Of a DNA stretch of 64,000 nt, positions 49,492-59,348 are shown one piece after another. The translations under genes were made by a program, and so were the position numbers. The first letter of the stretch is position 1, and each line of letters starts with the position of its first letter. Below the pieces are notes generated by a model that was given only the letters and a program-made list of their open reading frames with translations, was not told where the DNA came from and ran no database searches. This DNA is from Candidatus Omnitrophota bacterium (GTDB taxonomy: Bacteria; Omnitrophota; Gorgyraeia; Duberdicusellales; 4484-171): positions 2,334 through 66,333 of the forward strand of contig JBAWWL010000003.1 in the NCBI GenBank assembly GCA_037146775.1, written 5' to 3'.

Positions 49492-49743
49492 ATGCACGAA
49501 TATCATCTAATACAAACTATTTTAAAGACCATTTCCGAAAAAACCGCCGGTATGTCCGGTATAAAAAAAATAAGTTCCATTCGCCTCACGCTCGGCCAAC
49601 TAAAAATGGTCAGCAAAGAGAGTTTCTCGGAAATTTTCAAAGAGCTTTCCAAGGGAACAATGTGTGAAGGGGCAAAATTAGATATTGAAGAAGTTCCGGG
49701 GGATGTGCTGGTAGTTGAACACATTGAAGCTGAATTTGAATAG
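49492..49743 (+). CDS. HypA-like N-terminal (nickel-binding MHE) domain protein lacking the C-terminal zinc finger
   Basis: 84 aa from MHEYHLIQTIL...; aligns with E. coli HypA residues 1-70 (MHE..L.Q..L..I...G.K....L.G......F.....G...EG.KL..EE). There are no CxxC pairs. AAGGAG RBS upstream. Confidence 0.5.
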   Translation: MHEYHLIQTILKTISEKTAGMSGIKKISSIRLTLGQLKMVSKESFSEIFKELSKGTMCEGAKLDIEEVPGDVLVVEHIEAEFE

Positions 49744-49793
49744 ATAGGCGGCCTCCGGCGGCACCATACAGGACGATCTAATCGTCAAAAACA

Positions 49794-50372
49794 ATGTTTA
49801 CTGGTATAATAAAAGAAGTTGGCCGCGTCATAAAAATTATCAAGAAAGGTTCTTTGATAACATTGGGGATACAAGTAGCTTCGCAGGAGTCTTTCTTTGT
49901 CTCTGACAGTGTGTGCGTAAACGGAGTCTGTCTTACCGTAACCAAGAAAGAAAAAGACGTTCTTTTCTTTGATGCGATATTATCGACTCTTGCTAAAACC
50001 AATCTTAAACGCCTGAAAATAGGCGATATGGTTAATCTTGAACCGGCATTAAACGTGCATGACAAGCTTGGTGGGCATTTTGTTCTGGGTCATGTGGATA
50101 GCGAAGCGAAATTGAAACGTATTACTAAACAGGCTGGCTCTTGGCGGATAGTGGTTGAATTAGCGCCGCAGTTTAAAGCATATATTGTTGAGAACGGTTC
50201 AATTGCTATCGAGGGTATTTCTCTTACCGTAAAAAAAGTATTGCCGCGGGAGTTTACGGCTGATATCATTCCTTTTACCTACGAGCATACAACTTTAAAA
50301 TATAAACATCCTGGTGCTTGGCTTAATATAGAATTTGATTATCTTTTAAAGAAAACAGAAAATAATAAGTAG
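49794..50372 (+). CDS. ribE: Riboflavin synthase (alpha chain)
   Basis: 192 aa; MFTGIIKEVGRV...; two lumazine-binding repeats. Confidence 0.85.
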   Translation: MFTGIIKEVGRVIKIIKKGSLITLGIQVASQESFFVSDSVCVNGVCLTVTKKEKDVLFFDAILSTLAKTNLKRLKIGDMVNLEPALNVHDKLGGHFVLGHVDSEAKLKRITKQAGSWRIVVELAPQFKAYIVENGSIAIEGISLTVKKVLPREFTADIIPFTYEHTTLKYKHPGAWLNIEFDYLLKKTENNK

Positions 50373-50541
50373 AGAATAGAGAAAAAGGAATAATTTATAA
50401 GGCGTTTCGGCTAGATCATCTATGTACCAGAAAAAAACAAGGAAATTGCATAATTAAGTTTTTTCACTTTAAGGCATCTTGGATGCATATTCCCGATGCC
50501 GATAAAAAATAAAGAATAACCCTAAGTAATTGCTTTTTTAT

Positions 50542-50616
50542 CGGGGCGTGGCTCAGTCCGGCTAGAGCACTTGGTTCGGGACCAAGGAGTCGGAGGTTCA
50601 AATCCTCTCGCCCCGA
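50542..50616 (+). tRNA. tRNA-Pro (anticodon CGG)
   Basis: I folded it by hand. 7-bp acceptor stem CGGGGCG/CGCCCCG with a C1:G72 pair and A73 discriminator (typical of bacterial tRNA-Pro). D-stem GCTC/GAGC. Anticodon stem CTTGG/CCAAG with loop TTCGGGA. T-stem GGAGG/CCTCT with loop TTCAAAT. No encoded CCA. Confidence 0.85.
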
Positions 50617-50878
50617 TTCTTTCTTCTTAATTATCTAATTCTTTAATCCTTTGATTTCTCCACATATCAACCTAATAACCTATCAACATATCACCCCTAC
50701 TACCCCATGCCCCTTTTTCTTAATAATCCCTTATCCTTTAATCCGTTAATTATTTAATTTTTTAATTCGTTAATCCTTTAATCTCTTCGCATGTCAACCT
50801 GTTATCCCATCCCCTAATAATCCATATTTTTCAGCATTTTTTAATTGCAAATAGTAAATTATTCGATAAAATAACTTA
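50617..50878. repeat. Gene-free 260-bp tract downstream of tRNA-Pro made of dispersed short repeats (TTAATCCTTTAAT / TTAATTCGTTAAT / ATCAACATATCA families)
   Basis: Copies of the same words occur at 40845-40878 (gttaattctttaattcgttaattttttaatcg) and 42377-42460. The reverse complement of 50657-50690 matches 42379-42411 at roughly 90%. Confidence 0.6.
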
Positions 50879-51784
50879 ATGAAGGCATTCTTAGGGATTG
50901 ATTGGGGAGGAACATATATAAAAGCTGGCGTTGTCGACTCAAACGGTAAGATACTCAAAAAAACAGTTTACGCTTCAGAGAAACTCAAATGTAAGCAGGC
51001 TTTTCTTAGCACCATAAAGTCGCTTTTGGATAGTTTCAAAGCATTTGATATTAAAGCTGTTGGGGTAGGCGCACCGGGAATTATCGACGTAAAAAGCGGT
51101 TTTATCTACTATCTTCCCAATATCCCTGGTTGGGAAAAATATCCTCTTAAGAGTGCCTTACAAAACAAGATTAAACTTCCGGTTTTCCTCGATAATGATG
51201 CCAATGTTTTTGCTTTGGCGCAAGCGCGCTTAGGTGTTGGCCGAGGAAATAGCCGGATGATCTTTTTAACACTCGGTACTGGTTTAGGCGGTGCAATTAT
51301 CCTTAATGGTAAAATTCTAGAAGGCCAGACAAGCGCCCTGGAGCTAGGGCATGTGCCCATTGAGTTGGAAGGAAGGCTGTGCGGTTGTGGAGGTCGGGGC
51401 TGCATTGAAACGTGTACCGGCAGCAATCATCTTCTAAATCGCTATCGAGAATTGAAAAAAGAGCAGAGGTCTTGTAAAGAAGTAAAAGAGATTTTCGAGG
51501 CAGCTTTAAAAGGGGAAAAAGAAGCGATTCAGGTATGGCAAGAATTCTCGCATGCTTTAGGAAAATTTCTTGCGGGAATGATAAATATTTTTAATCCCGA
51601 GGTGATTATTCTCGGCGGCGGCGTGTCCGGAGCTTTTAGTTTCTTTAAACCTCTTCTTTGGAAGGAAATCAAACAACAGGCTATGTGGCCGCAGATTAAA
51701 GGTTTAAAATTGGTAAAAGCAGACTTGAAAGATTCCGGTATTATTGGGGCTGCATTATTGGCGCAACAAGGTCTTTATCAATGA
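50879..51784 (+). CDS. ROK-family sugar kinase (glucokinase-like)
   Basis: 301 aa; GIDWGGTYIKAGVVD; ROK zinc motif GHVPIE...CGCGGRGCIE. Confidence 0.8.
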   Translation: MKAFLGIDWGGTYIKAGVVDSNGKILKKTVYASEKLKCKQAFLSTIKSLLDSFKAFDIKAVGVGAPGIIDVKSGFIYYLPNIPGWEKYPLKSALQNKIKLPVFLDNDANVFALAQARLGVGRGNSRMIFLTLGTGLGGAIILNGKILEGQTSALELGHVPIELEGRLCGCGGRGCIETCTGSNHLLNRYRELKKEQRSCKEVKEIFEAALKGEKEAIQVWQEFSHALGKFLAGMINIFNPEVIILGGGVSGAFSFFKPLLWKEIKQQAMWPQIKGLKLVKADLKDSGIIGAALLAQQGLYQ

Positions 51785-51833
51785 GCAGTTCATCGTTGAA
51801 CACCGAGCTTTGAACGTCAAACAATAAAAAACA

Positions 51834-52493
51834 ATGAAACTATTCATAGACACCGCAAACTTAGAAGAGATTAAAAAAGCAAATTCTTTCGGAATCCTGG
51901 ATGGCGTTACTACCAATCCTACGCTTTTAGCCAGAGAAAAGGTTGATCCGCTCGTCCAACTTAAAAAAATATGTAAAGAGGTATCCGGGCCGATCAGCGC
52001 TGAGGTAATTTCGCTTGAGGCCGATAAAATGGTCGAAGAGGCCCGCGCCTTGGCCGGTATCGCAGAAAATATCGTGATCAAAGTTCCTTCCACTGTCGAG
52101 GGGTTAAAAGTTACCAAGAAATTGTGCGCGTTCAAAATTAAAACTAATCTTACGCTCTGTTTTTCTTCTTCGCAGGCTCTTCTGGTAGCGAAAGCCGGTG
52201 CCACCTACGTGTCTCCTTTTGTGGGCAGGCTCGATGACATTTCTTGGGAGGGGATGGATTTAATCCGCGACATCCGCATGATATATGATAATTATAATAT
52301 TACCACACAGATTATTGTTGCCTCTATCCGGCATCCGCTTCATTTTGTGGAGGCGGCGCGTATGGGCGCGGATGTAGCGACGGTTCCTTTTGGTGTGATA
52401 GAAAAGCTTATGCAGCACCCACTTACTGATATTGGCATAAAAAGATTTCTTGAGGATTGGCAAAAGTCAGTCAAGGCTACGAAGAAGAAATGA
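51834..52493 (+). CDS. Transaldolase-type fructose-6-phosphate aldolase
   Basis: 219 aa; [14 protein letters not shown]...GVTTNPTL; Schiff-base lysine region. Confidence 0.85.
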   Translation: MKLFIDTANLEEIKKANSFGILDGVTTNPTLLAREKVDPLVQLKKICKEVSGPISAEVISLEADKMVEEARALAGIAENIVIKVPSTVEGLKVTKKLCAFKIKTNLTLCFSSSQALLVAKAGATYVSPFVGRLDDISWEGMDLIRDIRMIYDNYNITTQIIVASIRHPLHFVEAARMGADVATVPFGVIEKLMQHPLTDIGIKRFLEDWQKSVKATKKK

Positions 52494-54676
52494 TCAAGCG
52501 TTTTTTTACCGCAAGTACATTTTTATTTCTTGTTTTTATCTTACCCGTATTCAGCCAGGAAAAGGCTCCTGATACGGTATTGCCTGTTGAAATTAACGGC
52601 GATGAAATAAATTATCTCCAGGAGGAAGGAGCAGTTGTCGTTAAAAACAATGTTAAATTACGCTACAAGGATGTTGAGCTTACCTGTGATGAAGCCCGCT
52701 ACAACGCGAATACGCACGTCGCGACCATGAAGGGAAATGTTAAGATAGTGCGCGAAGGAACTACGGTACATGGCGAGAGTATAATTTATGATTTTAATAC
52801 GCAGAATGCTCAAATCGCAAATCTCAGAATGGAATCGCCGCCGCTCTACGGAGTTGCGAAAGAGGCCGATAGAATCGGCTCCGAGCAATATGCGTTAAAA
52901 GAAGGCTATGTAAGTACCTGTAATTTAGAAAAGCCCCACTATCGCTTAACAGCCAAAAAAATTATTGCTTATCCCGGGGTCAAAGTGGTAGCCAAAAACG
53001 TTGTTATGAGAGTGGGGGAAGTGCCGATATTCTATTTCCCCTACTATTCACATTCCCTCAAGCAAAAATCATTTCCTCTGCAGATCGTTCCCGGCAAGAA
53101 AAGCGACTGGGGTTATTACGTGTTGGGCCGCTGGAATTACCGCCTCAACGACGAGCATCGCGGAAGGTTGATTCTCGACTGGTACGAAAAAAGAGGCGTG
53201 GCTACCGGTATCGCCCACAAAGCAGAAACGAAGAAGTATGGCGAAGCAATGGTGAATTATTATCATATTACCGATCAGCTCTATAATTCCGAAAAAAGAG
53301 GGGATCTATTTAACGAGTATCCGGAGCGCCAATCCCTCCCGGATAAATATTTGGATAGCAACCGTTACAAAGGGCAATTATGGCATAATTGGCAGCCCAC
53401 CCAGAATTTTTCGACCAAGACCGAATTCAATAAATTTTCCGATGAAAACTTTATGAAAGATTTTTTCAAGCGCGAATACGAAATTGATCCGAACCCTATG
53501 ACATACAACTTGAGTGCCTACGCATTTACGAATTCAGCACTGTCTTTATTAACCCAAAAACGCGTTAATAAATTTTTTACTACCACCGAATATCTTCCGC
53601 AGCTAGATTATGATTTTTATAAACAGGCCCTAGGAAAAAGTAACATTTATTTCCAGTCAAAATCAACATTTTCTTACTTAAATTATACGCCTGCTAACGT
53701 TGCTCTGGCGTATGCTTCCGGCCGCGCCAATTCCCATAATGTGTTCAGCTACCCAAAAAATATTAAGTGGCTTTATCTTAGTCCTTATGTTGGCAACTAC
53801 GCCACGTTTTATACTAAAACCGTACCGGGAGATACGGATATCTGGCGGGTTGCTCCGGAATTCGGCATGGATATGAGCACTAAACTGTACCGCATTTTTT
53901 CGACTAATCTGAATGTGTTCGGAACCAAGGTTCAACAGGTACGCCACATATTCAGTCCTACGATTAGCTACGGCTACATTCATCCGCCCACTATTGCTAA
54001 GGCTAAGATTTTTCAATTTGACAATATTGATGATTTAACACGTAAAGAAACGGTAACTGTCGCCTTTTCTAATAAATTACAGGCTAAAAACGCTGAGCGT
54101 GTATGGGATTTTTTATACTTTAGCCCTTCGGTGGAATACCGAGTAAATAACAAAGATAGATTAGGCAATTTGGATAGAGGCGGATCTCATTTGAGTAAAA
54201 TTAAATCCGACTTAGAAATCTATCCAATCGAAGGGGTGGCTCTTAATTCCGATACAGAATATGACTGCGTGATTAAGGCGTTTAAAGCGGCAAACGTAGA
54301 CGTGTCCTTTAGCGATACCAAGAATAAAAAATATACCGTATCCTTTGGCCACCGTTATGCCCGGGAATACGATTATAATGTTGATAGCGGCCAATACACT
54401 TCTCAAAGCACCTTTGATCTTACCTACCAACTTACTAAAAAACTGCAGTTTAAGAATTATCTGCGTTACGAATATAAGGAAGGTAATTTCGAAGAGCAAC
54501 AATACGCGTTACGTACAGACCTGCATTGCTGGTGGATGGATGTAGGTATCGATATTGATCGCCAGAGAGAGGGCGTAAATGATTTTACTTTTTGGGTAGC
54601 TTTTATCCTTAAAGATTTTCCGGACATGAACATAGGATTCCGCCAAGGTTATAAGGGAGCAAAAGAGAGTTACTAA
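52490..54676 (+). CDS. lptD: LptD/OstA-family outer-membrane LPS-assembly protein
   Basis: Signal peptide from the Met at 52490. N-terminal OstA-like beta-jellyroll region, then a long aromatic-rich beta-barrel-type C-terminus ending in F/Y-rich terminal strands. Confidence 0.6.
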   Translation: MIKRFFTASTFLFLVFILPVFSQEKAPDTVLPVEINGDEINYLQEEGAVVVKNNVKLRYKDVELTCDEARYNANTHVATMKGNVKIVREGTTVHGESIIYDFNTQNAQIANLRMESPPLYGVAKEADRIGSEQYALKEGYVSTCNLEKPHYRLTAKKIIAYPGVKVVAKNVVMRVGEVPIFYFPYYSHSLKQKSFPLQIVPGKKSDWGYYVLGRWNYRLNDEHRGRLILDWYEKRGVATGIAHKAETKKYGEAMVNYYHITDQLYNSEKRGDLFNEYPERQSLPDKYLDSNRYKGQLWHNWQPTQNFSTKTEFNKFSDENFMKDFFKREYEIDPNPMTYNLSAYAFTNSALSLLTQKRVNKFFTTTEYLPQLDYDFYKQALGKSNIYFQSKSTFSYLNYTPANVALAYASGRANSHNVFSYPKNIKWLYLSPYVGNYATFYTKTVPGDTDIWRVAPEFGMDMSTKLYRIFSTNLNVFGTKVQQVRHIFSPTISYGYIHPPTIAKAKIFQFDNIDDLTRKETVTVAFSNKLQAKNAERVWDFLYFSPSVEYRVNNKDRLGNLDRGGSHLSKIKSDLEIYPIEGVALNSDTEYDCVIKAFKAANVDVSFSDTKNKKYTVSFGHRYAREYDYNVDSGQYTSQSTFDLTYQLTKKLQFKNYLRYEYKEGNFEEQQYALRTDLHCWWMDVGIDIDRQREGVNDFTFWVAFILKDFPDMNIGFRQGYKGAKESY

Positions 54677-54706
54677 AATGTTTCCGGTTTCACTCATGAG
54701 CCTGGT

Positions 54707-56041
54707 ATGACACAAGAGAGTAATTATAAAATTTGCGTTATCGGTGCCGGTCACGTCGGTTTGGTAACCGCGTCTTGCTTTGCTGAGCTAGGGTATCATG
54801 TGGTTTGCGTTGATAATGATATAAAAAAGATAAAAGGCTTAAAAAAGTTGCACCTGCCCTTTTACGAGCCGGACTTGGAACCATTGGTAAAAAAGAATCT
54901 CCAAAGCCGCCGGCTTATTTTTTCTTCCTCGATAGAGGGCGCCATCAGGGATTCCCAGGTTATTTTTCTCGTGGTGGGCACTCCGCCTCTTTCTGATGGT
55001 TCGGCCGATCTTACTTCTATTGAGAATATTGCCCGCAGTATTGCCAAGAATCTTAATGCGTATAAGCTGGTGGTAGAAAAATCTACTGTTCCGGTTCAGA
55101 CTGGCCAGAAGGTAAAAGAAACCATCTATCGTTATCGAAAGAGCGCGGTAGCGTTTGATGTTGCCTCTAACCCTGAATTTTTGAGGGAAGGCAAAGCCGT
55201 ATATGACTTTTTCCATCCCGACAGGATTGTTATCGGCGTCGAAACAGAAAAGGCAGGAAGAATCCTTAAAAGTTTGTATTCTGCCATTAAGGCTCCGATG
55301 GTGACCACCGACATCAATACTTCGGAGCTTATTAAGCACGCTTCGAACTCTTTTCTGTCGACAAAAATTTCTTTTATTAATGCAGTGGCCAGAGTGTGCG
55401 ATCTTTCCGGGGCGAATATCAATAAGGTCAAGGAAGCGATGGGTTTTGATAAAAGGATCGGTAAAGATTTTTTAAATGCCGGCATCGGCTACGGCGGATT
55501 CTGCTTTCCGAAAGACCTTGAGGCTTTTATCTATATTTCTAAAAAATTAGGCTATGATTTTGGTTTGCTGAAAGAAGTAAAACGCATAAATGACGATCAA
55601 CGCGCTTATTTTGTAGGTAAAATAAAAGAGCATCTTTGGGTTTTGAAAGGTAAAAAAGTCGCAATTTTAGGCTTATCCTTTAAGCCTGATACCGACGATA
55701 TGCGGTTTGCGCCTTCCCTGGATATCGTCCAGCTTTTGTTGAAAGAAGGAGCGAGCCTTCGTTTGTACGATCCTCAGTCTATTGGTGAAGCGAGAAAAAT
55801 GTTTTCAGGATTAACCGCAAGCGGGAAAAATGCGCGGATTACTTTTGCGCAAAATCCTTACGACGCAGCGAAAGAATGTGATTGTGTCTGTATTCTTACC
55901 GAATGGAAAGAATTCTCTTCTTTGGATTTCAGAAAAATCAAGAAACTGATGCGTTATCCTTTGCTTGCTGACGGAAGAAATATGCTTGACGCCGACGATT
56001 TGGTCAAGAAAGGGTTTGAATATATAGGCATAGGCACATAG
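54707..56041 (+). CDS. ugd: UDP-glucose 6-dehydrogenase family protein
   Basis: 444 aa; N-terminal GAGHVGL Rossmann; catalytic GGFCFPKD. Confidence 0.85.
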   Translation: MTQESNYKICVIGAGHVGLVTASCFAELGYHVVCVDNDIKKIKGLKKLHLPFYEPDLEPLVKKNLQSRRLIFSSSIEGAIRDSQVIFLVVGTPPLSDGSADLTSIENIARSIAKNLNAYKLVVEKSTVPVQTGQKVKETIYRYRKSAVAFDVASNPEFLREGKAVYDFFHPDRIVIGVETEKAGRILKSLYSAIKAPMVTTDINTSELIKHASNSFLSTKISFINAVARVCDLSGANINKVKEAMGFDKRIGKDFLNAGIGYGGFCFPKDLEAFIYISKKLGYDFGLLKEVKRINDDQRAYFVGKIKEHLWVLKGKKVAILGLSFKPDTDDMRFAPSLDIVQLLLKEGASLRLYDPQSIGEARKMFSGLTASGKNARITFAQNPYDAAKECDCVCILTEWKEFSSLDFRKIKKLMRYPLLADGRNMLDADDLVKKGFEYIGIGT

Positions 56042-56102
56042 TTTAATGCCGCACTACATATGTATATAACTTATAACTTCACATCATATACCTGTTGCTA
56101 AG

Positions 56103-58871
56103 ATGAGCCATTTCAATCTGCTAAAAAATAGAATTCAAACCAAAAAAGCCAAGCTGTGTGTTATTGGCCTGGGGTACGTGGGTCTTCCTTTGGCTTTAGC
56201 GTTCAGCAAGAAAGGCTATCTTGTCTACGGTTTAGACAATAACGTTTCCCGCATCGAACGTCTGAAGAAAGGCGAACGGTATATTTTGGATTTTGAACCC
56301 CGAGAAGCTCTCGCATTAATTAAAGCCGGCAGATTTATACCTACCACCGAAAGTAGAGTTATCCAGAATTGTGACGCGGTGATTGTCTGCGTTCCTACGC
56401 CGTTACGTAAGGTAAAGATGCCTGATGTTTCTTATATTATTGATGCCAGTAAAACCATTAAAGAGCATGTGCGAGTGCCGCAGTTAATTATTTTAGAAAG
56501 CACTTCTTATCCTACTACGACCAGAGACGTAGTTTTGCCGATTCTAGAAAAAAATGGCCTTAAGGAAGGAAAGGATTTTTTTCTTTGTTTTTCTCCCGAG
56601 CGGGTGAACCCCGGCGATAAAAAATTTCCCCTGATAAAAGTTCCTAAGGTCGTTGGCGGGATTTCACCTCAATCTACGGAACTTGCGAAAACGCTCTATT
56701 CAAAGATCATAAAGAAAATTTTTTGTGTCTCAAGCGCCGAGGCAGCCGAAACAGCAAAACTTTTAGAAAATACATTTCGTTTGGTTAACATTGCCTTGAT
56801 AAACGAGTTTGCTATCGTGTGTCAGAAGTTAGGTATAAATGTGTGGGAGGTTATTGAAGCGGCAAAAACCAAACCATTTGGTTTTATGCCTTTTTATCCC
56901 GGCCCCGGTCTTGGTGGCCATTGCTTAGACGGTAAAGAAGTTATATTTAGCGATAATGGCAAAGGCATTGAAACAAAGACAATAGATTCATTAACAGAAA
57001 GTATCCGTAATGATCCCCTGTCTTTGAAGAAAAAAATAAATGGAGTTGAATATCTTAAACCGGCTCCGCGTTATCGAATGCTTACTTTTGATATAACTGC
57101 CAAAAAAGCTGTTTTTAAACCTATCGAGATGTTTTCCAAGCGCAAAACAGAGGATGATTTATTTAAAATAACCACCAGCGATAACCGGAATATTACTGTA
57201 ACGCATGGCCATCCGATGTTTATTTTTACGGAGGACGATTTGGAAATAAAGTTTGCCAGAGATTTAAAAATAGGAGACAGAATCCCGTTTGCTTTAAAAA
57301 CCGATTATGAAATACAAACACAAAATAACGAACCCTTAAAAATTGATTTAATTGAATCTATAAAAAACAATCCGCAGCTTATCAGCAAAATAAGAGTTAG
57401 GCAACGTATTGGCTTATGGAATGCCTTTAAAGAGAACATTTATAAAATAAATTTCGATAATGCTAATTATCATGATTATATACGTTATAATTCTTTACCG
57501 CTGACATATTTCTTACGTGCCGAGGCGGATAAACTTTTAAATATAGACCACAAGGATTTATTGCTTTGTTCCGGACGAGGGCCTTCTTATAGCGAAATCC
57601 CAGCAGTTATTGACTTAGATCCCGAATTTTGCAGATTAATAGGCTACTATTTAAGCGAAGGCTGTATCACTGTTGATAAATCTATGCGGGTTAGGTTTTC
57701 TTTTAACAGCTGCGAGAAAGAATATATAGAAGATGTATGTTCTATATTAAAAAATGTCGGTATCAAATATTCTTTATACAATTCCAAACAATGGAAAGCA
57801 TCATGCATAAAAGTATCTTCTAACTTATTTGGTTTTTTATTGAAGAGAATATTAAATTGCGGCAGCAATTGTTATGAGATGAATATACCAGCGCCATTTT
57901 TTAAGCTGAATAAGCAATATAAATGGGAGTTATTGAAAGGTTTATTTAGGGGCGATGGGGGGGTAGATATTGAAACTGGTAAGGCCCATTATATCAAAAA
58001 TGGTAAGCAGTATTACCATAATCGTAATTCAATAGGGATTAACTATTTTTCTTCAAGCAAGGTATTATTCCAGCAAGTAGTGTTTTTGCTGCAAGAGTTT
58101 GGGATAGTCCCTACTTTTAAGAAAAGAGAAGGATTGCTATATATATTTGGGTATAAACAAGCGGAACGCTTCAGGGGTGTTTTCCTGGGTTCAAAAAACA
58201 ACAAAATAGAAACATATTTTGTTAATAACCGCAAAATTATTTCCAATAGAGGATTTAAAGTCCATGAAGGTTTTGGCACGTCAATTATAAAATCTATCAA
58301 ACGCACAAAAGGAGATTATGTTTATTCTGCAGAAGTTAAAGACACCCATACTATAATTACTTCGTATGGTACTATAGTGCATAATTGTATACCGGTAGAT
58401 CCTCTCTATTTATCCTGGAAAGCAAAAAAGTTAGGCTTTAAAACAAAAATGATTGATTTGGCGTCGTATGTAAATCGCTTTATGCCCGGCTATGTTATCG
58501 AAAGGGTTGAAGCGTTATTGAAAGAAAAAGGCATTGCCATAAGCCAGGCCCGCATTTTAATTTTAGGCGTTACCTACAAGAAAGACACCAAAGACATCCG
58601 CGAATCGCCCGCGTTAGAAATCATTGAGGGCCTAAAAACAAAGAAAACAAAAGTTGATTTTTATGACCCTCTTATCCCGTACCTTAAAATAGACGGCATT
58701 AATTTAAATGGCATTTCGCTTACTAAAGACAATCTAAAAAAATATGATTGTTTAATCGTTGTCGCCGACCATTCAAGCGTTGATTATGAATTTATCAGGA
58801 AAAATTCAAAACTAGTTTTCGATACACGCAATGTTTACAAAACCAACAAAGAAAGGGTGGTGAGATTATGA
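56103..58871 (+). CDS. Intein-containing nucleotide-sugar dehydrogenase (WecC/TviB/UDP-ManNAc-DH-like extein of about 434 aa plus a 488-aa intein)
   Basis: N-extein (56103-56921) carries GLGYVGLPLA Rossmann and ...GPGLGGH. C-extein starts CIPVDPLYLSWKAK..., completing the catalytic GGHC-IPxD motif. Confidence 0.85.
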   Translation: MSHFNLLKNRIQTKKAKLCVIGLGYVGLPLALAFSKKGYLVYGLDNNVSRIERLKKGERYILDFEPREALALIKAGRFIPTTESRVIQNCDAVIVCVPTPLRKVKMPDVSYIIDASKTIKEHVRVPQLIILESTSYPTTTRDVVLPILEKNGLKEGKDFFLCFSPERVNPGDKKFPLIKVPKVVGGISPQSTELAKTLYSKIIKKIFCVSSAEAAETAKLLENTFRLVNIALINEFAIVCQKLGINVWEVIEAAKTKPFGFMPFYPGPGLGGHCLDGKEVIFSDNGKGIETKTIDSLTESIRNDPLSLKKKINGVEYLKPAPRYRMLTFDITAKKAVFKPIEMFSKRKTEDDLFKITTSDNRNITVTHGHPMFIFTEDDLEIKFARDLKIGDRIPFALKTDYEIQTQNNEPLKIDLIESIKNNPQLISKIRVRQRIGLWNAFKENIYKINFDNANYHDYIRYNSLPLTYFLRAEADKLLNIDHKDLLLCSGRGPSYSEIPAVIDLDPEFCRLIGYYLSEGCITVDKSMRVRFSFNSCEKEYIEDVCSILKNVGIKYSLYNSKQWKASCIKVSSNLFGFLLKRILNCGSNCYEMNIPAPFFKLNKQYKWELLKGLFRGDGGVDIETGKAHYIKNGKQYYHNRNSIGINYFSSSKVLFQQVVFLLQEFGIVPTFKKREGLLYIFGYKQAERFRGVFLGSKNNKIETYFVNNRKIISNRGFKVHEGFGTSIIKSIKRTKGDYVYSAEVKDTHTIITSYGTIVHNCIPVDPLYLSWKAKKLGFKTKMIDLASYVNRFMPGYVIERVEALLKEKGIAISQARILILGVTYKKDTKDIRESPALEIIEGLKTKKTKVDFYDPLIPYLKIDGINLNGISLTKDNLKKYDCLIVVADHSSVDYEFIRKNSKLVFDTRNVYKTNKERVVRL
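56922..58385 (+). mobile_element. Full-length intein with LAGLIDADG homing-endonuclease domain
   Basis: Block A CLDGKEVIF (Cys1); block B TVTHGH; LAGLIDADG motifs LIGYYLSEGCI and LLKGLFRGDGGV; blocks F/G DYVYSAEVKDTHTIITSYGTIVHN ending His-Asn, with the +1 residue Cys. Confidence 0.85.
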
Positions 58872-59314
58872 TTAAAGGCGTTGAAGTAAAAGAGCTAAAA
58901 GTGAATTATGACGATAGAGGATATCTTATGGAAATTTTGCGCCGAGATGACCCGGTTTTCGAGAAATTCGGCCAAGTGTATATCACTACCGCAAAACCGG
59001 GGGTAGTCAAAGCCTGGCATTACCATAAAATGCAAAATGATCACTTTTGTTGTATTGCGGGAAAAATGCGGCTGGTTCTTTACGATGCCCGCAAAAAATC
59101 TAAAACATTTGGAGAAATTATGGAATGGGATTTAGGCTTGGATTGTCCTAAGCTTATAAAGATTCCTAAACTTGTGTATCATGGATTTAAGGCTATTTCA
59201 GCCGTAGACGCCGTGGTTGTCAATGTTCCTACCTTACCGTATAATAGAAAAAAGCCAGACGAATATAGGATCGATGCGTTTAGCGGCGGTGTCCCCTACG
59301 ACTGGAAACGTTAA
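58868..59314 (+). CDS. RmlC-like cupin (dTDP-4-dehydrorhamnose 3,5-epimerase family, short form)
   Basis: 148 aa; NYDDRGYLMEILR, WHYHKMQNDHFCCIAGKMRLVLYD and PKLVYHGFKAIS parallel the RmlC core. Confidence 0.6.
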   Translation: MIKGVEVKELKVNYDDRGYLMEILRRDDPVFEKFGQVYITTAKPGVVKAWHYHKMQNDHFCCIAGKMRLVLYDARKKSKTFGEIMEWDLGLDCPKLIKIPKLVYHGFKAISAVDAVVVNVPTLPYNRKKPDEYRIDAFSGGVPYDWKR

Positions 59315-59348
59315 CATTATTCTTAAATAGTAAAAGGAGCAAATCTTC

